DNA of 64,000 bases from Escherichia coli 042. GTDB lineage: Bacteria > Pseudomonadota > Gammaproteobacteria > Enterobacterales > Enterobacteriaceae. The notes under the pieces are model-generated. The model searched no databases. It had not been told where the DNA came from and was given only the letters and a program-made list of their open reading frames with translations. The DNA is taken from NCBI RefSeq assembly GCF_000027125.1, contig NC_017626.1; one strand, written 5' to 3'. This document shows positions 1-10,059 of the stretch, piece by piece (position 1 is the first letter of the stretch; the number at the start of each line of letters is the position of its first letter). A program made the translations under genes and the position numbers.

Positions 1-435
1 CGCCAGACCCGTCGCCGGGCGGGGCCGCTACAAGCCGTCACACAAATCGTCGCTGTCGTGGGCATCGCATTGTGTGTCGCCAGCTTTCTGTTGAAAACGC
101 ACCAGCTACTGCTGTTTTACCCGGTAGTGGTTAACGCGATCATGCTGGCGGTTTTTGGCGGTTCGCTGTGGTCGACAATGCCGATAGTTGAGCGGCTGGC
201 ACGTTTGCAGGAGCCAGACCTCCCGGAAAAGGGCGTGCGCTATACCCGCCGTGTCACGCAAATCTGGTGCGGCTTTTTCATCATTAACGGCGGAATTGCC
301 CTCTTTACCGCGCTTTATGGCGATATGTCGTTATGGACCGCCTGGAACGGCATGATTGCTTATTTTTTGATGGGAACGTTAATGGCAGGTGAATGGCTGG
401 TGCGCCGTCAGGTGATAAAAAGAGATCGCTCATGA
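1..435 (+). CDS. Small integral membrane protein of the APE cluster, probably 5'-truncated by the window edge (first in-window ATG at 58)
   Basis: Frame 1 is open from base 1 with no stop; the translation shows an arginine-rich stretch followed by hydrophobic helices; stop overlaps the next gene start (ATGA at 432-435). Position corresponds to apeG in the described ape gene order. Confidence 0.5.
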   Translation, partial: RQTRRRAGPLQAVTQIVAVVGIALCVASFLLKTHQLLLFYPVVVNAIMLAVFGGSLWSTMPIVERLARLQEPDLPEKGVRYTRRVTQIWCGFFIINGGIALFTALYGDMSLWTAWNGMIAYFLMGTLMAGEWLVRRQVIKRDRS

Positions 436-1793
436 AGCAGACCTTACCGCTTGCACGCTGGCTGACTGCGCCACGCCCTGATGACACGCCCATTGCGTGG
501 CTGGACGAAAGCTCGTGGACACTGGGCGATTTGCGTCACGATGTCGCGCAACTTATCTGCCGCTTGCAGCAACAGCCGGGTGAACGCTGGGCGCTGTGCT
601 TTGAGAACAGTTATTTGTTTATCGTTGCCCTGCTTGCCACGCTACACGCCGGAAAAACGCCGGTGCTTCCGGGGCATAACCGTGTCATCCAGCTTAATGA
701 ACAACGTGAACTGTTCGATGGTGTACTTAGCGACAGCGATCTTAACTGGCAAGGTTCATTGCTGTTGGTAGCAAGTTCCCCACAAGTCGCGACACAATCA
801 TTCACCTTTGCCGCTATAGCGCCAGACGCTTATATCGAGCTATTTACCTCCGGTTCTACGGGGCAGCCAAAGCGGGTAATTAAACCTGTTCATTTGCTGG
901 ACCGTGAAGCAGAACTGCTGGCTGAACGATTAGGCGCACGTCTTGCCGGATGTCGTGTCGTCGGTTCCGTATTGCCGCAGCATCTGTACGGCCTGACTTT
1001 TCGCGTTTTCCTGCCAATGGCGCTGGGATTACCGCTGCACGCCGCCATGCTCTGGTATGTCGAACAGTTTGCCGCATTGAGTCACCAGCATCGCTATATC
1101 TTCATCAGCAGCCCGGCATTTTTGAAACGGCTGGATACCCAGCTTTCTCCGCCGCCCGTTCAGGTGCTTCTCTCTGCTGGCGGTGAGCTGCCGTGGCAGG
1201 ACGTAAAACACACCGCGAGCTGGCTGCGCGTCTGGCCTGATGAAATCTACGGCAGCACGGAAACCGGCGTCATTGCCTGGCGTTACCGCGAACAAGAGCA
1301 ACGCCGCTGGCTGCCCTTTCCAGGTATGCACTTCCAGGCCGAAGGTGAAGCATTTCGTCTCTTTTCACCGCTGATAGCGGAAGATAACGGCCTGTTACTC
1401 GATGATCTCTTGCAGTTTAGCCAGGACGGTCAGTTCCATCTGATGGGGCGTCGTGGGCGCATCGTTAAGATTGAAGAAAAACGTATGTCTCTGCAGGAAG
1501 TAGAACAACGTCTGCTGGCGCTGGACGGCATTCGCGAGGCGGCGGCAGTTCCCGTTACGCGCGGCGGGCGTCAGAGCATCGGCGTTTTGCTGGTGCTGGA
1601 TGACGAAGCTCGCCTGCAATGGCAGAACGGCGGCGGGCATAGCCAGGAAATGACCTGGCGGCGATTACTGCGCCCGACGCTGGAGCCAGTTGCTATTCCG
1701 CGTTACTGGCGCGTTATTGATGAAATGCCAGTAAACAGTATGAACAAGCGTGTCTATGCGCAATTACAGGAGTTATTTCATGAAGCCCCATGA
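432..1793 (+). CDS. apeH: AMP-dependent synthetase/ligase (acyl-ACP synthetase-like starter activating enzyme) of the APE cluster
   Basis: ORF 393-1793; likely start ATG 432 (MKQTLPL). Contains the adenylate-forming motif FTSGSTGQPKRV. Gene order matches the described ape cluster. Confidence 0.75.
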   Translation: MKQTLPLARWLTAPRPDDTPIAWLDESSWTLGDLRHDVAQLICRLQQQPGERWALCFENSYLFIVALLATLHAGKTPVLPGHNRVIQLNEQRELFDGVLSDSDLNWQGSLLLVASSPQVATQSFTFAAIAPDAYIELFTSGSTGQPKRVIKPVHLLDREAELLAERLGARLAGCRVVGSVLPQHLYGLTFRVFLPMALGLPLHAAMLWYVEQFAALSHQHRYIFISSPAFLKRLDTQLSPPPVQVLLSAGGELPWQDVKHTASWLRVWPDEIYGSTETGVIAWRYREQEQRRWLPFPGMHFQAEGEAFRLFSPLIAEDNGLLLDDLLQFSQDGQFHLMGRRGRIVKIEEKRMSLQEVEQRLLALDGIREAAAVPVTRGGRQSIGVLLVLDDEARLQWQNGGGHSQEMTWRRLLRPTLEPVAIPRYWRVIDEMPVNSMNKRVYAQLQELFHEAP

Positions 1794-2133
1794 AATCGAG
1801 CGCCATCAGGCACAAGCGAATCACCTTGAGATTGTTTTGCATCTCAGGGCAGATCTGTTCTGGTTTCGCGGCCATTTTGCCGTGCAGCCGTTACTCCCAG
1901 GAGTTGCACAAATCGACTGGGCGATGAGCTACGCGCTCACTCTGCTCGCGCCTGGCTGGCGTTTTCACTCTATTCAGAACATCAAATTCCAGTCCCCGTT
2001 GCTGCCGGACAACCGCGTCACGCTCACGCTTAACTGGCAGGAAGAACGCCAGATTCTGAGCTTTAGCTATCAGCGTCACGACGGTGACGCCCGCCACACC
2101 GCCAGTAGCGGGAAGATCCGCCTATGTCGGTAA
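1780..2133 (+). CDS. apeI: Hotdog-fold 3-hydroxyacyl-ACP dehydratase-like protein (FabZ/FabA-like)
   Basis: ORF 1750-2133; probable start ATG 1780 (MKPHEIERH) overlapping upstream stop. FabZ-like motif FRGHFAVQPLLPGVAQIDW. Confidence 0.65.
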   Translation: MKPHEIERHQAQANHLEIVLHLRADLFWFRGHFAVQPLLPGVAQIDWAMSYALTLLAPGWRFHSIQNIKFQSPLLPDNRVTLTLNWQEERQILSFSYQRHDGDARHTASSGKIRLCR

Positions 2134-3800
2134 ACTTTTCTCCCTGCGTGTTGATCCCCTGCTACAACCACGGCGCGATGATGCCGGGCGTGCTGGCGCG
2201 TCTTAAGCCATTTAATCTGCCCTGTATTGTAGTGGATGACGGCAGCGATGCCGCCACGCAACAGCAACTGGATAATCTGGTTGCCGAACAGCCTGGCGTG
2301 ACCTTAATTCGCCTGGCAGAAAACGCAGGCAAAGGCGCGGCAGTGATGCGTGGCTTACAGGCAGCGGCAGACGCGGGCTTCAGCCATGCGGTGCAGGTGG
2401 ATGCTGACGGTCAGCACGCGATTGAAGACATCCCTAAACTGCTGGCACTCGCTGAACAGCAGCCTGCGGCGCTGATCTCCGGCCAGCCGATTTACGATGA
2501 CTCCATCCCCCGCTCACGGCTGTACGGGCGCTGGGTCACCCACGTGTGGGTATGGATCGAAACGCTCTCCCTGCAACTGAAAGACAGTATGTGCGGCTTT
2601 CGCGTTTATCCGGTTGCGCCAACGCTGCAACTGGCAAAATACGCTACCATCGGCAAGCGGATGGATTTTGACACCGAAGTGATGGTGCGCCTCTACTGGC
2701 AGGGAAATACCAGTTATTTCGTGCCGACCCGCGTCACCTATCCGCTGGACGGGCTTTCGCATTTTGATGCCCTGAAAGATAACGTCCGCATCTCGCTGAT
2801 GCACACACGTCTGTTTTTCGGCATGTTGCCGCGTATTCCTTCACTGCTGATGCGCCACTCTTCCAGCCACTGGGCGCGGCAGAGCGAAGTGAAAGGGTTA
2901 TGGGGAATGCGCCTGATGCTGCTGGTCTGGCGTCTGCTGGGAAGAACTGCGTTTACCGCGCTGCTTTACCCGGTGGTGGGCGTCTACTGGCTCACCGCTG
3001 CTCGTGCACGTAAAGCGTCGCAAGACTGGCTCGCCCGTGTGCGCCAACAACAACCACAGGCAGCAAAACTCAACAGCTATCAGCATTTTCTACGTTTCGG
3101 CAACGCCATGCTCGACAAAATCGCCAGCTGGCGCGGCGAGCTGCAACTCGGGCGTGATGTGCTGTTTGCACCAGGCGCAGAAGCGGCACTTAACGTCAGC
3201 GATCCGCGCGGCAAATTGCTGCTGGCCTCGCATCTTGGCGATGTGGAAGTGTGCCGGGCGCTGGCAAAAATTCAGGGCTACAAAACCATTAACGCGCTGG
3301 TGTTTAGCGAAAACGCCCAACGCTTTAAACAGATAATGCAGGAGATGGCCCCGCAGGCAGGCATCAACCTGCTCCCGGTAACAGATATCGGCCCGGAAAC
3401 CGCCATCCTGCTGAAAGAGAAGCTGGATAACGGCGAATGGGTGGCGATTGTCGGTGACCGCATCGCCGTCAACCCGCAACGCGGCGGCGACTGGCGCGTC
3501 TGCTGGAGTCCGTTTATGGGCCAGCCTGCGCCTTTCCCACAGGGGCCGTTTATTCTTGCGTCTATTTTGCGCTGCCCGGTGAATCTGATTTTCGCCCTGC
3601 GCCAGCACGGCAAGCTGCATATTCACTGCGAAACCTTTGCCGACCCGCTGCTGTTGCCGCGTGGCGAACGCCAGCAGGCGCTGCAAAACGCTATCGATCA
3701 TTACGCCGCGCGTCTGGAACATTACGCGCTCCAGTCGCCCCTCGACTGGTTTAATTTTTTCGATTTCTGGCAACTGCCGGAAGTCCAGGACAAGGAGTAA
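2124..3800 (+). CDS. apeJ: Fused family-2 glycosyltransferase / lysophospholipid-type acyltransferase
   Basis: 558 aa ORF; N-terminal GT2-like region (CVLIPCYNHG ... IVVDDGSDA), long C-terminal acyltransferase-like domain. Confidence 0.75.
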   Translation: MSVNFSPCVLIPCYNHGAMMPGVLARLKPFNLPCIVVDDGSDAATQQQLDNLVAEQPGVTLIRLAENAGKGAAVMRGLQAAADAGFSHAVQVDADGQHAIEDIPKLLALAEQQPAALISGQPIYDDSIPRSRLYGRWVTHVWVWIETLSLQLKDSMCGFRVYPVAPTLQLAKYATIGKRMDFDTEVMVRLYWQGNTSYFVPTRVTYPLDGLSHFDALKDNVRISLMHTRLFFGMLPRIPSLLMRHSSSHWARQSEVKGLWGMRLMLLVWRLLGRTAFTALLYPVVGVYWLTAARARKASQDWLARVRQQQPQAAKLNSYQHFLRFGNAMLDKIASWRGELQLGRDVLFAPGAEAALNVSDPRGKLLLASHLGDVEVCRALAKIQGYKTINALVFSENAQRFKQIMQEMAPQAGINLLPVTDIGPETAILLKEKLDNGEWVAIVGDRIAVNPQRGGDWRVCWSPFMGQPAPFPQGPFILASILRCPVNLIFALRQHGKLHIHCETFADPLLLPRGERQQALQNAIDHYAARLEHYALQSPLDWFNFFDFWQLPEVQDKE

Positions 3801-3803
3801 AGG

Positions 3804-4226
3804 GTGCTTAACGATCCCCGATTTACCGCTGAAGTCGAGCTGACCATTCCCTTTCACGACGTCGATATGATGGGCGTGGCCTGGCACGGTAACTATTTTC
3901 GCTACTTTGAAGTGGCCCGCGAGGCGCTGCTCAACCAGTTCAATTACGGCTATCGGCAGATGAAAGAGTCCGGTTATTTGTGGCCAGTGGTCGATGCGCG
4001 GGTGAAATATCGCCACGCCCTCACCTTTGAGCAACGCATCCGCGTGCGTGCACATATCGAAGAGTTCGAAAACCGTCTGCGGATTGGCTATCAGATTTTC
4101 GATGCCGAAACGGGCAAACGCGCCACCACCGGATACACCATTCAGGTCGCGGTCGACGAGCAAAGCCGCGAACTGTGCTTTGTCAGCCCCGATATTTTGT
4201 TTGAACGCATGGGAGTCAAACCATGA
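3804..4226 (+). CDS. apeK: Hotdog-fold acyl-CoA/ACP thioesterase (4-hydroxybenzoyl-CoA thioesterase / YbgC-like)
   Basis: 140 aa ORF with GTG start; FHDVDMMGVAWHGNYFRYFEVAREALL resembles the YbgC/4HBT thioesterase core. Confidence 0.7.
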   Translation: MLNDPRFTAEVELTIPFHDVDMMGVAWHGNYFRYFEVAREALLNQFNYGYRQMKESGYLWPVVDARVKYRHALTFEQRIRVRAHIEEFENRLRIGYQIFDAETGKRATTGYTIQVAVDEQSRELCFVSPDILFERMGVKP

Positions 4227-4828
4227 AATTTTTACCACTGCTGGCGCTGCTGATTAGCCCGTTTGTGAGCGCCCTGAACCTGGACGATCTTCAGCAACGC
4301 TTTACCGAACAGCCGGTGATCCGCGCTCATTTCGATCAAACCCGGACGATTAAAGATCTGCCGCAGCCGCTACGATCTCAGGGCCAGATGTTGATCGCCC
4401 GCGACCAGGGGCTGTTGTGGGATCAAACCTCACCATTTCCCATGCAACTATTGCTGGACGATAAACGCATGGTGCAGGTGATCAACGGTCAGCCGCCGCA
4501 AATCATCACGGCAGAAAATAACCCGCAGATGTTCCAGTTTAACCACCTGCTGCGCGCGCTGTTCCAGGCCGATCGCAAAGTGCTGGAACAAAATTTCCGC
4601 GTCGAATTTGCTGACAAAGGCGAAGGCCGCTGGACACTGCGCCTGACGCCGACCACCACGCCGCTGGATAAAATTTTCAACACCATCGATCTCGCCGGGC
4701 AAACCTATCTGGAGAGCATTCAGCTTAATGATAAACAGGGCGATCGCACCGATATCGCTCTTACCCAACATCAACTGACGCCAGCGCAACTGACCGATGA
4801 CGAACGCCAACGTTTTGCCGCCCAGTAA
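4223..4828 (+). CDS. apeL: LolA-like periplasmic lipoprotein-carrier family protein
   Basis: 201 aa ORF with N-terminal signal peptide (MKFLPLLALLISPFVSALN); start overlaps apeK stop. Confidence 0.7.
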   Translation: MKFLPLLALLISPFVSALNLDDLQQRFTEQPVIRAHFDQTRTIKDLPQPLRSQGQMLIARDQGLLWDQTSPFPMQLLLDDKRMVQVINGQPPQIITAENNPQMFQFNHLLRALFQADRKVLEQNFRVEFADKGEGRWTLRLTPTTTPLDKIFNTIDLAGQTYLESIQLNDKQGDRTDIALTQHQLTPAQLTDDERQRFAAQ

Positions 4829-7115
4829 ACGCCCGGCGCTGTTATGGGGGATCGTCTGCCTGGTCATGGCGGCGGCGTTGCTGATCCTGTTGCCGCAATC
4901 ACGACTGAACAGTAGCGTGCTGGCTATGTTACCCAAACAGGCGATGGGCGATATTCCTCCAGCGCTGAATGACGGCTTTATGCAGCGTCTGGACCGCCAA
5001 CTGGTGTGGCTGGTCAGCCCCGGTAAAGAGGCTAATCCCAGGGTGGCTCAGGAGTGGCTGACGCTGCTGCAAAAATCCGCTGCGCTCGGCGACGTTAAAG
5101 GGCCAATGGATGCCGCCAGCCAGCAGGCGTGGGGAGCGTTTTTCTGGCAGCACCGCAACGGCCTGGTTGACCCCGACACCCGCGCGCGCCTGCAAAACGG
5201 CGGCGAAGCGCAGGCGCAGTGGATCCTCTCCCAGCTTTATTCTGCGTTCTCCGGGGTAAGCGGTAAGGAGCTGCAAAACGATCCGCTGATGTTAATGCGT
5301 GGCTCGCAGCTGGCGATGGCGAAAAACGGCCAGCGTTTGCGGCTGATGGACGGCTGGCTGGTGACGCAGGATCCCCAGGGCAACTACTGGTATCTGCTGC
5401 ACGGCGAACTGGCGGGATCGTCGTTTGATATGCAGCAAACCCACCAGCTCATCACGACCCTGAATACGCTGGAAAAGGATCTGAAAACGCGTTACCCGCA
5501 GGCGCAGTTGCTCTCGCGCGGCACGGTGTTTTACAGCGATTACGCCAGCCAACAGGCGAAGCAGGATATCTCCAACCTGGGCGTGGCAACGCTGCTGGGG
5601 GTGATATTACTGATTGTGGCGGTGTTCCGCTCTTTACGCCCATTGCTGCTTTGCGTGATTTCCATCGGCATCGGCGCGCTGGCGGGAACGGTCGCCACCT
5701 TGTTGATTTTCGGCGAATTACACCTGATGACGCTGGTGATGAGCATGAGCGTTATCGGCATTTCCGCTGACTACACGCTCTATTACCTCACCGAGCGGAT
5801 GGTGCACGGCAATGACGTTTCGCCGTGGCAAAGCCTGGCGAAAGTGCGCAATGCCCTGCTGCTGGCGCTGCTCACCACCGTGGCGGCGTATCTGATTATG
5901 ATGCTCGCCCCCTTCCCCGGCATTCGCCAGATGGCGATTTTTGCCGCCGTCGGGTTGAGCGCCTCCTGTCTGACCGTCCTGTTCTGGCATCCGTGGCTGT
6001 GCCGTGGCCTGCCGGTGCGTCCGGTTCCGGCGATGGCGCTGATGCTGCGCTGGCTGGCTGCGTGGCGGCGTAATAAAAAACTGTCGCTGGGTCTGCCCGT
6101 CGCGCTGGCGCTGTTTTCGCTGGCGGGGATGTCAATGCTGCGCGTCGACGACGATATCTCGCAGTTACAGGCGCTACCGCAGCATATTCTGGCCCAGGAG
6201 AAAGCCATTACCGCCCTGACCGGACAAAGCGTCGATCAAAAATGGTTTGTAGTTTACGGCGACTCTCCACAGCAAACATTGCGGCGGCTGGAGAAATTTA
6301 CCGCCTCGCTGGAGAATGCGAAAAAAGAGGGGCTTATCAGCAACTACCGCACCATTCCGCTGAACTCCCTGGCGCGGCAGGAGGAAGATTTACATCTGCT
6401 GAAAACGGCTGCCCCGACAGTAACAAAAGCACTGCAAAATGCCGGGCTGGCGGCAGTGAATCCGGATCTCAACGCCATGCCAGTGAAGGTCGATGAATGG
6501 CTGGCAAGCCCCGCCAGTGAAGGCTGGCGTCTGCTGTGGCTGACGCTGAAAAACGGCGAAAGCGGCGTACTGGTGCCGGTTGAAGGGGTTAAAAGTAGCG
6601 CGTTGTTGCAGGAAATCGCCAGCGATTACCCTGGCGGCATTGCCTGGGTTGATCGCAAAAGCACCTTTGATGAGTTGTTCGCACTTTACCGCTACGTCTT
6701 AACCGGTTTGTTGCTGGTGGCGCTGGCGGTGATTGCCTGCGGCGCAGTGGCCCGCCTCGGCTGGCGCAAAGGGCTTATCAGCCTGGTGCCTTCGGTACTT
6801 TCGCTGGGCTGCGGTCTGGCAGTGCTGGCGATGAGCGGGCAGGCGGTGAATCTCTTTTCGCTACTGGCGCTGGTGCTGGTGCTTGGCATCGGCATCAATT
6901 ACACGCTGTTTTTCAGTAATCCGCGCGGTACACCGTTAACTTCCCTACTGGCGATCACGCTGGCAATGCTCACCACCTTGCTGGCGCTGGGAATGCTGGT
7001 ATTCAGCGCCACCCAGGCCATCAGCAGTTTTGGCATTGTGCTGGTGAGCGGTATTTTCACCGCCTTCCTGCTTTCGCCGCTGGCTATGCCCGATAAAAAG
7101 AGAACAAAAAAATGA
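4797..7115 (+). CDS. apeM: MMPL/RND-superfamily membrane exporter
   Basis: 772 aa ORF with two blocks of multiple hydrophobic helices separated by large soluble domains (RND/MMPL topology). Confidence 0.75.
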   Translation: MTNANVLPPSKRPALLWGIVCLVMAAALLILLPQSRLNSSVLAMLPKQAMGDIPPALNDGFMQRLDRQLVWLVSPGKEANPRVAQEWLTLLQKSAALGDVKGPMDAASQQAWGAFFWQHRNGLVDPDTRARLQNGGEAQAQWILSQLYSAFSGVSGKELQNDPLMLMRGSQLAMAKNGQRLRLMDGWLVTQDPQGNYWYLLHGELAGSSFDMQQTHQLITTLNTLEKDLKTRYPQAQLLSRGTVFYSDYASQQAKQDISNLGVATLLGVILLIVAVFRSLRPLLLCVISIGIGALAGTVATLLIFGELHLMTLVMSMSVIGISADYTLYYLTERMVHGNDVSPWQSLAKVRNALLLALLTTVAAYLIMMLAPFPGIRQMAIFAAVGLSASCLTVLFWHPWLCRGLPVRPVPAMALMLRWLAAWRRNKKLSLGLPVALALFSLAGMSMLRVDDDISQLQALPQHILAQEKAITALTGQSVDQKWFVVYGDSPQQTLRRLEKFTASLENAKKEGLISNYRTIPLNSLARQEEDLHLLKTAAPTVTKALQNAGLAAVNPDLNAMPVKVDEWLASPASEGWRLLWLTLKNGESGVLVPVEGVKSSALLQEIASDYPGGIAWVDRKSTFDELFALYRYVLTGLLLVALAVIACGAVARLGWRKGLISLVPSVLSLGCGLAVLAMSGQAVNLFSLLALVLVLGIGINYTLFFSNPRGTPLTSLLAITLAMLTTLLALGMLVFSATQAISSFGIVLVSGIFTAFLLSPLAMPDKKRTKK

Positions 7116-7696
7116 TCAAACCCACATTCTGGCGAGCGTTCGCCCTGACCGCTACGCTTATCCTCACCGGCTGTAGCCACTCGCAACCGGAACAGGAAGG
7201 TCGCCCACAGGCGTGGCTGCAACCTGGCACGCGCATCACGCTGCCGGCACCAGGGATTTCGCCCGCCGTTAATTCCCAGCAACTATTGAGCGGCAGCTTC
7301 AACGGCAAAACCCAGTCTCTGCTAGTGATGCTTAACGCCGACGACCAGAAAATCACCCTTGCCGGGCTGTCGTCGGTCGGCATTCGTCTGTTTCTGGTGA
7401 CCTACGATGCGCAAGGGCTACGCGCCGAGCAATCCATCGTCGTCCCACAGTTGCCGCCCGCAAGTCAGGTGCTGGCTGACGTGATGCTTAGCCACTGGCC
7501 GATTAGCGCCTGGCAACCGCAACTCCCCGCTGGATGGACGCTTCGCGACAACGGTGACAAACGCGAACTGCGTAACGCCAGCGGCAAACTGGTCACGGAA
7601 ATCACCTATCTGAATCGCCAGGGAAAACGCGTGCCAATCAGCATTGAACAGCATGTCTTTAAATACCACATCACCATTCAATATTTAGGTGACTGA
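7112..7696 (+). CDS. apeN: Lipoprotein of unknown function (APE-cluster)
   Basis: 194 aa ORF; signal peptide with lipobox LILTGC; start overlaps apeM stop. Confidence 0.65.
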   Translation: MIKPTFWRAFALTATLILTGCSHSQPEQEGRPQAWLQPGTRITLPAPGISPAVNSQQLLSGSFNGKTQSLLVMLNADDQKITLAGLSSVGIRLFLVTYDAQGLRAEQSIVVPQLPPASQVLADVMLSHWPISAWQPQLPAGWTLRDNGDKRELRNASGKLVTEITYLNRQGKRVPISIEQHVFKYHITIQYLGD

Positions 7697-7697
7697 T

Positions 7698-8867
7698 ATG
7701 ATTTACATTTCCGCCGTCGGCATGATCAACGCCCTGGGAAATAACCTTGACGATATCGCAGCCAACCTGACTCGCGGTGTCGCTCCCGGCATGCGCCCGC
7801 GCGCAGGCTGGTTGCAGGGGCATCCGCAGGCGGTCCTGGCTGGCGTGGATGGCGAGCTTCCGGTTATCCCGGAAAAATTCGCTGCGCACCGCTCGCGCAA
7901 CAATCAGATCCTGCTGGCGGCGCTGGCGCAGATCCAGCCGCAGGTTGATGACGCTATTGCGAAATATGGCCGCGAGCGCATCGCGATTGTGCTTGGCACC
8001 AGCACCTCCGGCCTGCATGAAGGCGACACGCACGTTAACCTGCGCACCCACGGGCAGCCGAGCACCACGTGGCACTATGCACAACAAGAGCTCGGCGATC
8101 CGTCGCGTTTTCTCAGCCACTGGCTGGCGCTCGACGGCCCAGCTTATACCCTTTCAACCGCCTGCTCCTCCAGTGCCAGAGCGATGATCAGCGGGCGCAG
8201 GCTTATCGAGGCGGGGCTGGTCGATGCCGCCATTGTGGGTGGTGCAGACACCCTGAGCCGAATGCCGATTAACGGTTTTCACAGCCTCGAATCGCTCTCG
8301 CCAACCTTATGTCAGCCGTTTGGTCGTGACCGCGCGGGCATCACCATTGGCGAAGGTGCGGGGCTGATGCTGTTGACCCGCGAACCGCAGCCCATCGCCT
8401 TGCTGGGCGTCGGTGAATCGAGCGACGCTTATCATATTTCGGCCCCGCATCCACAGGGCGAAGGCGCAATTCGCGCCATTAACCAGGCGCTGGCTGATGC
8501 GCAGCTTACGCCGGATGAGGTGGGCTATATCAACCTGCACGGCACCGCCACACAACTCAACGACCAGATTGAATCGATGGTGGTAAACGCCCTGTTTGGC
8601 GAACGCGTACCGTGCAGCTCCACCAAACATTTGACCGGACACACGCTGGGCGCAGCGGGCATTACCGAAGCGGCAATCAGTATGTTGATCTTAGAGCGTG
8701 ATTTACCGCTGCCCGCTCAGGACTTCAGCCTGTCGCCGCGCGATCCCACGCTGCCACCGTGCGGCATTATCGAACAACCACAGCCGCTGGCACGTCCGGT
8801 GATCCTGTCCAATTCCTTCGCCTTTGGCGGCAATAACGCCAGCATTCTGCTCGGGAGGGTTTCGTGA
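7698..8867 (+). CDS. apeO: Beta-ketoacyl-ACP synthase (KS) of APE cluster
   Basis: ORF 7689-8867; ATG at 7698 follows upstream stop (7694-7696). Active-site-Cys context TLSTACSSS and HGTAT motif, thiolase fold. Confidence 0.8.
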   Translation: MIYISAVGMINALGNNLDDIAANLTRGVAPGMRPRAGWLQGHPQAVLAGVDGELPVIPEKFAAHRSRNNQILLAALAQIQPQVDDAIAKYGRERIAIVLGTSTSGLHEGDTHVNLRTHGQPSTTWHYAQQELGDPSRFLSHWLALDGPAYTLSTACSSSARAMISGRRLIEAGLVDAAIVGGADTLSRMPINGFHSLESLSPTLCQPFGRDRAGITIGEGAGLMLLTREPQPIALLGVGESSDAYHISAPHPQGEGAIRAINQALADAQLTPDEVGYINLHGTATQLNDQIESMVVNALFGERVPCSSTKHLTGHTLGAAGITEAAISMLILERDLPLPAQDFSLSPRDPTLPPCGIIEQPQPLARPVILSNSFAFGGNNASILLGRVS

Positions 8868-9328
8868 GCCACTATTTATCCCCCGGCGCTTATCTGCCCC
8901 ACGACGCGCCCATGTTACTGCTGGAAGAAGTGGTGAGCGTCAGCGATGACAGCGCGGTGTGCCGTGTAACGGTCTCGCCCAGTGGCGTACTGGCACCGTT
9001 TCTCGACCCGGACGGCAATCTCCCTGGCTGGTTTGCCCTTGAATTGATGGCGCAAACCGTCGGCGTCTGGTCTGGCTGGCATCGCCACCAGCAGGGCAAA
9101 AACAGTATTGAGTTAGGGATGGTACTGGGCGCACGTGAATTGCTTTGCGCCGCTGGCATTCTGCCCGCAGGCCAGACGCTGACCATTACCGTCAAACTCC
9201 TGATGCAAGACGATCGCTTCGGCAGTTTTGAGTGCAGCATCAACAACGGCACGGCAACGGGCCGCATTAACACCTTCCAGCCGACCGCGGAAGAACTTAC
9301 CACCCTGTTTCAACAAGGAGCGTCCTGA
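8864..9328 (+). CDS. apeP: Hotdog-fold dehydratase (FabA/FabZ-like)
   Basis: 154 aa ORF, GTG start overlapping apeO stop; LPHDAPMLLLEEV N-terminus typical of hotdog dehydratases. Confidence 0.65.
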   Translation: MSHYLSPGAYLPHDAPMLLLEEVVSVSDDSAVCRVTVSPSGVLAPFLDPDGNLPGWFALELMAQTVGVWSGWHRHQQGKNSIELGMVLGARELLCAAGILPAGQTLTITVKLLMQDDRFGSFECSINNGTATGRINTFQPTAEELTTLFQQGAS

Positions 9329-10059
9329 TGAGTCGTTCAGTTCTGGTTACTGGTGCCAGCAAAGGCATTGGTCGCGCCATCGCCTGCCAACTGGCGGCAG
9401 ACGGCTTTAATATTGGCGTTCACTATCACCGTGACGCCACAGGCGCTCAGGAAACGCTAAATGCCATTGTCGCCAACGGGGGTAACGGGCGTTTGCTCAG
9501 TTTCGACGTCGCAAACCGCGAACAGTGTCGGGAAGTGCTGGAGCACGAAATCGCGCAAAACGGTGCCTGGTACGGCGTGGTTAGTAACGCCGGGATCGCC
9601 CGCGATGCCGCTTTTCCGGCTTTAAGCGATGACGACTGGGATGCGGTGATCCACACCAATCTCGACAGTTTCTACAACGTTATTCAGCCGTGCATTATGC
9701 CGATGATCGGCACACGCCAGGGTGGACGCATCATCACGCTGTCCTCGGTTTCCGGCGTGATGGGCAATCGCGGACAGGTGAACTACAGCGCTGCCAAAGC
9801 CGGAATTATCGGCGCAACAAAAGCACTGGCTATCGAACTCGCGAAGCGCAAAATCACCGTCAACTGCATCGCGCCGGGGCTTATTGATACCGGGATGATC
9901 GAAATGGAAGAGAGCGCCCTGAAAGAGGCAATGTCGATGATCCCCATGAAACGCATGGGCCAGGCGGAAGAAGTTGCCGGGCTTGCCAGCTATTTAATGT
10001 CTGATATTGCGGGTTACGTCACCCGCCAGGTTATTTCCATCAACGGAGGGATGTTATGA
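9328..10059 (+). CDS. apeQ: 3-oxoacyl-ACP reductase (FabG-like SDR)
   Basis: 243 aa; Rossmann motif VLVTGASKGIGRAIA, catalytic YSAAK, NAG motif. Confidence 0.85.
   Translation: MSRSVLVTGASKGIGRAIACQLAADGFNIGVHYHRDATGAQETLNAIVANGGNGRLLSFDVANREQCREVLEHEIAQNGAWYGVVSNAGIARDAAFPALSDDDWDAVIHTNLDSFYNVIQPCIMPMIGTRQGGRIITLSSVSGVMGNRGQVNYSAAKAGIIGATKALAIELAKRKITVNCIAPGLIDTGMIEMEESALKEAMSMIPMKRMGQAEEVAGLASYLMSDIAGYVTRQVISINGGML

Noticed and set aside
3090-4238. 382 aa minus-strand ORF overlapping apeJ/apeK
   Set aside because: Lies entirely antisense to two well-supported plus-strand genes with recognisable motifs; typical shadow ORF in GC-rich coding DNA; no start context.
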